Shown one piece after another: positions 53,441-64,000 of a stretch of 64,000 nucleotides of DNA. The position numbers were made by a program, and so were the translations under genes. Source of the stretch: Convolutriloba macropyga (taxonomy: Eukaryota); the NCBI RefSeq assembly GCF_964194025.1, contig NC_134472.1, positions 63,922,001 to 63,986,000 on the forward strand, read 5' to 3'. The notes under the pieces are model-generated. The model was not told where the DNA came from. It did not search any database and was given only the letters and a program-made list of their open reading frames with translations. Position 1 is the stretch's first letter. Each line of letters opens with the position of its first letter.

Positions 53441-54559
53441 ACACTGTAGAAAATTTGATATGAAGACTTTGATATAAAAATTTGCAATTAAGCTGAATGC
53501 AACAGCGATTTTCAGCCCTTCTTTATTAAAAAAAACAATTTTTACAGAAATTAGAAAAATTACACGAGTTTTTTTTTAAGAATTGTCGATTATTGTGGAC
53601 TTTTTGCAGAAGGAATTTTTCAAATCAAAAACAACACCCAGCCAACGCAAGTTTTCCTCTTCTTTACAAATTGCGAACTCGGGAAGAAGTGGTCCTCGAG
53701 ATTCTGGTTCAATTGCACATTTTACCCAGACAATTTTGGTTCAACAAAATATAACCTATACAAAAAAGCTTAACATGCGCGCAAAAAATATTGCCACAAT
53801 TTACTCACATATGAATCAATAAAGTATTTAGGAATCAAACAAGCATTACAGTATTATTTTGTTTCCAAATTTATGAAACGTTTTAATATCCTTTCGTAAG
53901 AATTACGTCGAATGAGAACATGAAGACACGGTAAATAATCTCGGGTGTTTAAGAGTTGGCGGCTTTGTTCTGCAGTAAGTATGAGACAGAAAACCTCTTA
54001 GGAAACGAAAAAACATATCATTTTGTTAGTAAATAGAAGAAAAATAAAAGTAGTACAAAAATTTGTCTTTCATTTGTGTGCGATGACAAGGAAATCAATA
54101 TGACGTAAGTGTGTCGTTATTATGAATACCAATTCAATCACTTGAATTGAATGGTGCTTAGCTTAGAAGGATAAGACCACCTCATAAGTTTGCTCGACAC
54201 AGCTAAGATAACCCGAATCTTGATTTCAAAAGCACTAAACTTATTTAGAATTGGAGAAACTGAAAGGAAATCAAGACATTGAGCTGTTTTTAATTAAAAA
54301 ATTCAATAATTTCCATAATTCGAAATGTTCAATTTTTTTTTACAATTTTTCGGGAAAACGGTAACATTTTTTTTAAAAAAAAAACGGCAAACGGCTATAA
54401 TCTGCTCTGAAACTATTACAAGTGATCACTTTACTCCCTTTGCTCAGTAACACGATCTCTGTTTGTAAAAAAAGTGTCTAAAGAATAACCAATCGAGCAG
54501 ATTATCCGGCTTGCTCTATACAAGAGTGGTTTGTAAATACAAAAATGGTCGCAACTTAC

Positions 54560-54715
54560 ATCATATCTGCAGGGTCCATGGCACTGGTGGTCTTCATGTT
54601 CCAAGTGAACCTGAGGGATCTGGGCTTGTGTCCTCCCGGTCCAGCCACACCTCCAGCTGCACCCGCACCCATACCACCACCTCCTCCCCCATTGGTCACA
54701 TTAGCGTCCGCATCC
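54560..54715 (-). CDS. MARK: MARK/Par-1 kinase exon ([12 protein letters not shown]...[22 protein letters not shown])
   Basis: Contains the MARK hallmark [15 protein letters not shown]; acceptor gtcttcag|G; donor AT|GTAAGT; phase 2-2. Confidence 0.96.
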
Positions 54716-55519
54716 CTGAAGACAAAACTCACTTTCAACCATACAGTTTTGAATACCTGCCAACTCCCGCGTAAATTCGATTCTATTAAATGTGATAATA
54801 TATAATAATAAATAACTGTCTATTTAAATCATTCATATATGACTGCCCTCTATCCTTGAGAAAAAATTGTAAATCTTAGCAACTTCTTTCCATAGCACGA
54901 ACCAAAATGAAATCAAGATATGTAAAATCTTGCAAGAGTTTTGTACATGTATCAAGAAACAAGCTCCGTTTCGAATCAGATCGGTGCTGTTGGAAACAAA
55001 TGCAGGGAGACATTTGTCTTGAACAATCTATTTCGATGCTTACCAGGATTAGCGACTTCTTAGAATGTTTATAATAACGCTCATAATAGAAAGTCATTCA
55101 AACTTGTCCGTATATCACGGTACACTTAGATCCAATCAAATGTTATTAAGATGTGAAAATGAAGAAAGTCGGACAATTCAACATATAATCCCAAATATAT
55201 TTTTCCAATTAGTGCTTCTGCTGATTAAATCAACTGACGCAACCGTAGATGAATTTCATACACATGAAGACAAAAAACATTCCGATGAGATGTGGCAAAA
55301 TTAAGCTGCATTTGGTTAGTGCAAATGAGCTTAAGCAAATCGTGGTGCGAAATATTCAGTCCATTTAGGTGTTGCATTTGCAGCTCTGATTTACTTGGGC
55401 AAAAAAGTTATCCAATTGCGTTCGGCAAATATAACGACAAAAAATCTAGTTATATTTTGAGTTATATTTTGATTAAAATAAGTTATATTTTGATTAAAAA
55501 TCTGTATAGGTTATTTTAT

Positions 55520-57025
55520 TGCTGCCTCTATTAGCTGATCTCAAATAACCTTCATTTAGAGTGACACACACCCATTTGACCTTATCTCTTTGAATTAAAG
55601 TAAATAAAAGTCAATTTCAAATTGAGGAAGTCAATTTTGAGAGTGAGGTAAGTCAAGTCTGACCAAAAATATAATCACGCGCATGAACAAAAAAACTCGC
55701 TCCACCAAGAGCGAAAAATGACGTCACACATGCAATTGAGTTGAAATTGCAAGAACGAATGAACAAAAAGTGGCTGTGACGTCATATGGTCATAACAAAA
55801 ATCATGACGACGAAATAAAAAAACATAGCAGGACAAGTCCTGACGTACAATTCAAAGAATTTTCGTTCACTAAACAGAAAATTAGACCAAGAATGGACTA
55901 TGAATGAAATGGGAAAACCATTTAGAAAAAAACCGATCCAAAAAATCGAAAAACTGTAAAAATCAAAGTGAAATTGCCGCATGTGAACAAAAAACCACTA
56001 GCGAGAAAGCGAATTTTTGTTCAAACACCGTTTTCTCACTCTACTTTAAATTTAGAGCGAAAAATTTCACGCCGCAAAACCAATCGGTTTTTCGCTCCAC
56101 TTCCTGTTTCGGCGTGACCAAAATCACTACTCCAACTTGACTTCAAAAATCATGAAAATGTGTGAACAGATCTTAAAAAAAAGACAGCGCCTCCATACAA
56201 TTCAATTTCTTTGAATTGTAAAAAACCAAGAGGAGGCCAATAATAGCCCCAGCTATCGCTGTGCGGCTATTAAAAACAGTCCAGTACAGCATCAATCACA
56301 AAACCCCCTATAGTACTGTTATTTGGAGCACATAGATCTTCTTCTTGCACAGTTTCCAAATACTTAGAAAAATAGACTGAAATCGAAATCCACTGTCCAT
56401 AAAAACGTTAGCCGAAGAACAGCATTGTCGGGCGGAAGATACAGCGGAGAAAAGCAAAACTTTAAAAATACCCAGTAGATTACCGGAAAATAGCCACCGT
56501 TGATTTCCATAACCCCGATTCGGAATGAAAAAGAAACATATCCACCAGATTGCCGGAAAATAGCCGCCATTGATTCCCATAACACCGATTGGGACTGAAG
56601 GAACAGAAAAACAATGATAAATATTGATTGTTGTACAAAAACATTTTGAAGGCGCGAACCAATTTGATTGATTTCGTAGTTGAGCATACTCTTGCTTCTT
56701 AATGAGACTTCAGGAACTAGTATCAATACAATGAGCATTAGAGATGTTAGCCAAGACTTATAAGAGCAGAGTTCAAGTAGCAGGCATCTAAAATTGTGCT
56801 TTAGGCGTTTAACCCGTTGCCATTTTTAAATTTCGCTTTTCGATTTTGCCTTGTTCATTCTAGATAAAATTGCTAAGTAATTGCTGCTTAGAAGAACATT
56901 GAGCGGAATGAGAGAAGAGTAAAACTAGCCTACAGAAGTCAAAAACATTTCACACTAAATGTGAAACAAGCTATGAACTAAGGTGAAGACAAAGTAAAAA
57001 AGTTTTTTCAACAAAGTAAAAAAAC
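55520..57025 (-). mobile_element. Adjacent HINE-B copies/fragments
   Basis: Element end gcggctattaaaaa at 56264-56277; hairpin+subTIR modules at ~56470 and ~56540; body matches 43824-44750. Confidence 0.6.
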
Positions 57026-57427
57026 ATGGTCTCAAAAATTAAAGAAATTACTCGAAGAGTAGTCTCAGTCATGAAAACTTCCCTTTCAATCAACTGGTAC
57101 ATTCTATGCTGAAGCAATTGAAAAGAAATTCTGTAGAAACTTTTAAAAAATAATAGGAGAAATTAGCCTAAAAACAACTTAATTTAAAAAATTGAAAAGT
57201 TCAAATACTTCTTTATATAACAGAAGCAAGTAAACTTTACAACAAAAATCATTTTCTTTTGAAACAGCTTAAACTGCTCATACAATGAAACAGCTTAAAC
57301 TGCTCATACAGCAATAGGCAAGCCATCTCAGGTTCACAAACTTTAACATTTACGGAAATGTGAACAACTGCAAGCAATTGGCAGAAAATAATTTTAAAAG
57401 TAATCGAATTTTTTTCTCAGCAAGAAA

Positions 57428-57582
57428 ACTTTTATACCATAAAAACTGTAATTGTTTAATAGGTAAAATTATTTTGAGCAATAGGCGTCGTTTCAGTTCC
57501 AATGACTTTTATACCATAAAAACTGTAATTGTTTAATAGGTAAAATTATTTTGAGCAATAGGCGTCGTTTCAGTTCCAATGA
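57428..57582. repeat. Perfect 77-bp tandem duplication
   Basis: acttttataccat...cagttccaatg twice, starting at 57428 and 57505. Confidence 0.9.
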
Positions 57583-58678
57583 ATGCGATAAAACAGCTCA
57601 AATAAAACAGATAAAATACCATAAAACCCAAATTGATTATTAAAAAGTTTTCAAAAGACTATCTGAACATCCTTATTTTTATTTAACTTTTTGCAAGAGC
57701 CTACTAAAACCACGTAAACTAAAAAAAATTAAACAAAAAAAAAATCTTGATAAGAAAAAAAGAAGAAGCTTGATAAGAAAAACAAAAGCTTGAAAAGAAA
57801 AACTCGCTCTCTCAAAAATAGCGGTTTGAACAAAAATCATATATCTTTTGGCTCCACTCTCAATTTTGTTCAACAATAAAACGACTGAAAAACTTTTCAC
57901 CCGTCAATTCCTGGTTCAAAATTCACTCCAATAAAACTTGTTTATACTGCGCTTCGAGTAGTAAAAATAGGGCCACTAATAGCCAGCTGAGAAAACAAGG
58001 GTGACTATTAAAAAGCCACCAATGGACACATTTACTAGATGACACGAGACTATGACTATCAGCAACGGAGACGATCAGAATCGATAATGATTGAAATGAA
58101 GATGACATTTGTTTGTACTGAATAGTAGCTCAATTTCAGCAGACAGACAATGTTAACTAGTTCATCATAGACAATGTTGCTAACAGAGTTACACAGTTAA
58201 GCTAAGCTCATGAGTATCAGTAGAAAATCACATCAAAACATCCCAACAGTTTCTTAACTCGGAACAAAATTGCCATCAACGTTTCATAGTTGTACTTCTT
58301 TGCCACGATTTACACTAAGTTGAATAATAGTGCTACCCTTAAACCAAACTAAACAAACAATTATCAGGGCAAAATTACTTCTTTCTTGGTAATATATGCT
58401 ATCCCGCCACCTTAAAAAAATAGGTAGTTTACATTTTATTTTATTTTTAATTTAATATATGTGAATTTAGGTGATTTTTTAAAGGTGGCTGGATAGCATA
58501 TATTACCCACTACTAACATTCAGACATATTTCCAGTATTTTTGTTTTTCAGGTTCTCAAAAATGCTAAAAACAATGTAGAATGTGATAAGTCCTCGAAAA
58601 ATTAGAATTTCACAGGTCACGAGGATATAAAGAGACCATTGGGTTGTTTGTCCGATGTATTGTGAGTGTGCTACTTGC

Positions 58679-58738
58679 CCTGCAGAAACAGCAGTAGAAT
58701 GATGTGTGAAAACTGAGAAACTTTTGTGACGACGGCCG
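58679..58738 (-). CDS. MARK: Candidate small MARK exon (GRRHKSFSVFTHHSTAVSAG) with a GC donor
   Basis: Acceptor attttcag|C; 60 nt open in phase 2-2, as the next exon requires; donor GG|GCAAGT (GC-AG type). Confidence 0.55.
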
Positions 58739-59055
58739 CTGAAAATATAGAATCAATTGTGAACTTGACCAGTGAATTTGGACGACACGACTCATGAAAA
58801 GTATGAATCATGAAACGTATTTAAACATAACTGACTAACTTCGGGCGAATTGCTCTCAAACGACTCGCGAGGAGTTTGCTTTATCAGAAGCTTGATACGG
58901 TTCAGGGAGGCCAGGTTTCGTTTAATTAACAAGTCCTGAATTACAATCCAAAAGGTTGAAAGCAAAATTTGATAATCACTGACTCAATCGGCAGACTGAC
59001 ATACCATTGCCAGACAAGCAAAAATTTTGTAAATTTACAGCAAAACATCAAAATT

Positions 59056-59415
59056 AAACATGACCGACAAGCGTCAGATGAAATTCTCTCGAACGACAGG
59101 GGGCCGTGGCCTAGATAAATTTTTCATTATGAGTGCAAAAAAAATCCGACTAGGGAGGGGTTCGAACCCGCGATGACCTACCCACTTATCCACTGCAGCA
59201 TTTACCACTCGGCCATCAGACCCTTGTGCTTGCTTATCTTACAGTCGATTTCGTTTCAGAAAGACTTAATTTCTGAGTAGGAACAATTTAGGTCACGCAA
59301 AAATCAAGCGTGAAAAAGTCACTAAAGTCACTCGAGAAGTGAAATCAAAATATAGAACAAAAGGGCAAAAATATTCCAAGAAATGCTTCAAACTTTCCTC
59401 GAGACCAATTAAAAA
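59056..59415 (-). mobile_element. HINE-A full copy with tRNA-like cassette
   Basis: Degenerate hairpin and subTIRs; directly abuts the HINE-B copy at 59416. Confidence 0.65.
59145..59222 (-). pseudogene. tRNA-derived sequence inside HINE-A
   Basis: Minus strand: A box TGGCCGAGTGG, B box GGTTCGAACCC, followed by a T-run; acceptor and anticodon stems imperfect. Confidence 0.6.
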
Positions 59416-60309
59416 CAGCTGACAGATTGCCAGAAAATAGCCGCAATAGCTTCGTCGGTATGCAGTCTCAAAAAGATAGTAAAAGAAACAGAAAACAAAT
59501 CTTTTTATTAAATGCTCAAAAATTCTATTTTGATCAAGAATCTGTCAGAATTATTGCTGCTTCTAATAGCTGCTCTCAAATAACCTTCATTTGGTGTGAC
59601 ACACATTTACTTGAGCTTATCTCTTTGAATTAAAAAAAAATTAATTTCAAAGTAAGGAGGACATTTTTGAGATTGACGTAAGTCACGTGTGACCAAAAAC
59701 TTCATCACGCTAAAGAACAAAAAAACTCGCTCCACTAAGAGCGAAAAAGGACGTCAAGCACTCAATTCAGTTGATATTGCATAAACGAATGAACAAAAAG
59801 CAGATTGTGACGTCATATGGTCGTAACAAAAATCTTGATGACGAAACTTAAAAAAAAGCAGGCCAAGTCCTGACGTACAATTCACAGAATTTTCATTGAC
59901 TAAACAAAAAACTAGACCTGGAATGAACTGGATGGGGAATGGATAGGGAAAACCAATTAAAGAAAATCCGATTCAAAAAATCGAAAAAATAGTAAAACAC
60001 CAAAGTGAAATGGCCGCATGTGAACAAGAAAGCCACTAGCGAGAAAGCGATTTTTGTGCAAACACCGTTTTCTCAAACTACTTTAAAATTAGAGCAAAAA
60101 AAATTCACGCCGCATAACCAATCGCTTTTTCGCTCCACTTCCTGTTTCGGCGTTACCAAAATCACTACTCCAATTTGACTTCAAAAATCATGAAAATAGG
60201 TGAACAGATCTTAAAAAAAACAGCACCCCAATAAAATTCAACTATTTTGAATGGTTAAAACAAGAGAAGGCCAATATTAGCTCCAGCTATCGCTGTGCGT
60301 CCATTAAAA
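59416..60309 (-). mobile_element. HINE-B full copy
   Basis: ctgacagattgccag hairpin plus aaatagccgc; degenerate end gtgcgtccattaaaaa; body similar to 55520-56276 and 29160-29840. Confidence 0.65.
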
Positions 60310-61655
60310 ACTCATACAATCCAAATTGCGTTGATTGTAAAAAACGGATTAGGAAAAGTACTGAATAACAGTGCAAAGAATTGAACAAAAAGCTGTAAGA
60401 TTTTGACCTGACCAGCCAGTCACTTAACCAAAAAGAGCCAGACAGACCAATAATAGCATTAACATTTTAAGAGATAATATTAAACATAGCCAACGTTTTG
60501 CAAAACAAAATAGCTGCCAACGACCAGAAGATAAATCGTCAGAAAATAAATCTTAGCGCCCGTTGGTTTATCCCTAATCGCTAGACACAGCTTTTCGACA
60601 CTGAATTTATTTGCGTAAATGTGCGGCATGAATTCCGAACTCGGTTCATTTGAAACAGTGAGAGGTAATTAAGAAGTCAACGGTAGAAATTGTGACTTAC
60701 GTAACCGTTTAGAGAATGACGACATCTACATAGATGCTCTTGCTGTGAAATATTGAAAGAAATGTGTCTCTATGAAAACGCAGGAAAGCTATAACAGATA
60801 AACTGCTAGTGAACGCAGAAAACTAGCTTGGCACAGATTTACAAATCGATTTACATATTGAATCAGAAAAGAAGAGATCAAATTTGACGGATTTTTTCTT
60901 AAGTTTCAAAAAGTGTTCTAATTCGGTGTGCAGTTTCAGTTTGATTCTAAAATTATACTTAATTCAGCTAGTAAACTGAAAGATATTAAGCTTAATACTA
61001 ATGTCAGCTAGCAATTCCTCTAAAGAACTTTGATAACCTAATGCACTATGATTTAATGACCGCGCTTTATTGGTATATCCCGTTTCTTTTGATTTTGCTC
61101 CTTCAACATTGACCGTATTCACTTTATTGCGTATTTCAATGTGTGAAAGAACTTTCAATCCATTCAGTTGAGACAGTGAGTGAGGTAAGTCACGAGTAAA
61201 AAAAATTGTGACTCAAGTAAAACGAAAAATGTGACCAAAAGGTAAAGCGAATTGAAAAAAAGGAGAGCACCTAAATAATAGCCGTTGAGAGGATGACGGC
61301 GGTTATTAATCACTCAAAAATGAAGACGAAAAGCGTGAAAAAGTCACTCGAGAAATCAAAGAATGTTTTAGAACAAAAGCGCAAAAATGGTCAAGCAAAA
61401 ATTTTGCACAAAAAAGACACCCACATTTACAATAGTTGCTTCAAACTTTGTTTGAGAGCAATTAATAAACAGTTCAGCAATCAGCTTTAAGATGATAGCG
61501 AGGATTAATATCCATTTTAGTCGTGATATGACATGCTATAATGGTTCCTTCATTTGTCAATTGTTCTAAGTCCAAAAGCCAAAGATACTTCTGATCTCTA
61601 AACAAATCCACAAGTCAAAAACATTTCGGCTTCGAGTGCTCACTAAAATCATTAC

Positions 61656-61712
61656 ATAGTTCCCATTGTCTCATGGAGTTGAGCAATGAGATGACGATGA
61701 ACATGGTGTTTG
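61656..61712 (-). CDS. Weak candidate MARK cassette exon (KHHVHRHLIAQLHETMGT)
   Basis: T-rich tract followed by aag|C; donor AT|GTAATG; 57 nt, phase 2-2, open. Both splice sites are weak. Confidence 0.25.
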
Positions 61713-62245
61713 CTTTTGAACAACAAAAAAGTAGGCGCTAAAAATTTTTGAATCGAACCAGCAAAAAAACTGCTATTTTTAACGCCGAGCCAGAAAATGA
61801 TGGCAGCTACAAAACACAAGACGAGTGATGTCAAGTCAAACATGTGAAGTACATGTAAATACAAATTGAACAGACAAAGAGATGAGTCAATTTTCTGTTA
61901 ATTTTTAGTTTAAAAATGAGTTAACTGTTAGCAATAAAATAAGCGTTTGTTGCTATGTTAATAGATCTTCCATGATTAGTATGGTTGAACACAATCGAAA
62001 GTCAAAATTTAGGTTTATCAGCAAATGTGCGAATTAAACTAATTTCTGTTCTTTTTGGATAGAAAGGAACGGGTAAACGTAGGGTTATAGAACGTCAAAA
62101 TATGAGTGGAGGTGTAGGAGATAGATTGAAAGGGGAGGTCTGAAAAAGGATTGATGGGTGGGTAAAATAGACGAATGAGATAATAGGAAAATGATAAGAA
62201 GATCAAGATAAGAGATGTTAGGAGGTTCTGAGCTGAGTTGGTTAC

Positions 62246-62296
62246 CTGGTGGATTGAAATCGTGTAGACTTGCTACTTGGTATGTCGCTTTTGAAC
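62246..62296 (-). CDS. MARK: Candidate small MARK exon (FKSDIPSSKSTRFQST)
   Basis: Strong acceptor tttctgctttgcag|G; donor CAG|GTAACC; 51 nt, phase 2-2, open. Confidence 0.6.
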
Positions 62297-63145
62297 CTGC
62301 AAAGCAGAAACAACACTTACCCAAACACGTACTCTTAAAAAACTTTCGACAACACTTGAAAATACCGCCATGACAACAATTAGCAATGCGATCCAACTTA
62401 TGCGAGATGGTCGATGAATTGAAGTGAAACGAATGAAGTCAACGCGAAGGGTTCAACCAATTGCGCAATCTGTTCATCACTTAAATGACTCAATGACTCT
62501 AGAAAAGCCGAACGCTGAAAAGTGATATATTGAAGTACTGAAAGACAGACATTTGACATTTTGGTCTTTTTGAACACTAATGGCTCTACTGCTTGTCCGT
62601 TTATGCTACGAAGGTCGCGAAACAAATTATTTTTATTAGAAAAACTATTCTAATATTGAAATCCAAAGCCCATACGTTACCTGAAGCGGACGGAAAGATC
62701 CAGCGAAAAATACCCAAAATTTTAAAAGTAAAAGATGTGTTGAGATAGATATACATCACTGGAATACACGAGAGTAACCCATAACTTTTTCCTGCTATTA
62801 GACGTTTTCTAAAAGCACATATGGTCAAATTTTCTTAAGAGATTTTGCCAAGAACAAGAGAAATGGTTTAAAAAATATGGAGTTTTATCACAGCATAAAA
62901 ACCTAATAGGAGGAAACGCATGTTTTGGATCGAAATGTCTTTCATTCACAACTGTTGGATATAGTTTCTCAAAGAAGAGACCAGAGTCAAAAAACCTCCA
63001 GCGACGAGATTCTCGACTTTTCAGCTAAATTGAACAAAAAGAAAAGCGATTACTTACTTTTGAGGGTGCAATACAATCAAATGGACGGTATTTGTTTGTT
63101 AGCTCCCCAAACAAGTTAAATAACAAAACCAATTGGTAACAACCG

Positions 63146-63562
63146 AACATAACCGACTAAACGTCGGAAGAATTGCTCTTGAACGACTAGTGGGAGCTCT
63201 AATCAATTGCAGCCTGCTTCAGTCGGGGGGGGGGGGGGTAGCCTAAATGGGACTAAGAAGTTCTATAATGGGCTTCAAATAACCACATTAGAGGTTAACA
63301 TATACCACTATTAAGATTTAAAGTAAAAGATCACACCAGTTTCGGCGCACTTTTCATTTGACTTTTAGTATTAAATTGCCGCCAATTGAGTTCAGCTGCA
63401 TGAAATTGTGATTGAGAGGGAATTTTAGATCACGCGAAATGCAAAAAGTCAAGGGCGTAAAAATCACTCGAAAAATCAAAATTGTCAAGCAAAAATTTTG
63501 CATAAAAAAGACACACACGTTTACAATAATTGCAATGGACTTCGTTCAGGAGCAATTAAAAA
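63146..63562 (-). mobile_element. HINE-A full copy
   Basis: CCGACtaaacGTCGG hairpin; gaattgctcttgaacga / ttcgttcaggagcaatt. Confidence 0.75.
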
Positions 63563-64000
63563 CATACACGGTAGACTGTCGCAAAATACCTGCAACTGAA
63601 TCTCAACTGATTAGGAGTGAAACAAACAGAAAAGAAAAAACAAAAACTGACTGCTTTATTTCGATTGCATTTGGTAAAGAGGCTTACTCCTACTGGTTAT
63701 TGAGAGGACAAAGGGACTATTATCAATACCAATTTTCGTTAGACCTGGTGACTAGCAAGGCCTAAAACAAACTAAAATAAAGTAGAGGGCTTCCAAATCT
63801 AGACCTTATGGGTTTATCCCATTTAATTTTCGATTTTTATTTTCGACATTGGAACCATTCATTTCAGGTTTTTTTTGTTTAGCAACTTCTCATTGTACGA
63901 ACATTGAACAGAATGAGCGAATTATTGAATTCGTCTAGTGATCATTCCACGGAAAATGTTGAAAAAGTGGGTACAGCGAAACAAATCAGTTTGACGTAAA

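Noticed and set aside
54511-54805. Pro-rich + strand ORFs
   Set aside because: Antisense shadows of the MARK exon at 54560-54715.
62321-62354. Possible exon with GTAAGT donor 24 nt upstream of the 62296 acceptor (mutually exclusive pair)
   Set aside because: The best acceptor gives 34 nt, which does not preserve the MARK frame.

Overview
AT-rich animal (metazoan) genomic DNA with two intron-containing genes, both on the minus strand. (1) A 7-exon gene (21809->1499) for a ~627-aa coiled-coil protein of unrecognised family; all splice phases are compatible. (2) The 3' end of a MARK/Par-1 kinase gene: three KA1-domain exons (54715->37915), several candidate small phase-2 cassette exons further upstream (58.7-62.3 kb), and a long repeat-free stretch downstream that is probably its 3' UTR. 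The kinase domain lies beyond the right edge of the window. Between the genes (22-33.4 kb) are decayed retroelements: a CRE-clade LINE, a Ty1/copia RT-RNaseH and an L1/Tx1-like LINE. Introns carry many copies of two non-autonomous Helentron/DINE-1-like (HINE) families. Every copy I could orient points the same way as the genes, copies often sit head-to-tail, and some carry a tRNA-like Pol III cassette. Also present are 8-bp-TSD MITEs, a foldback-like element and two kb-scale tandem duplications whose junctions fall in HINEs. Exon coordinates were checked by hand; repeat boundaries are approximate.
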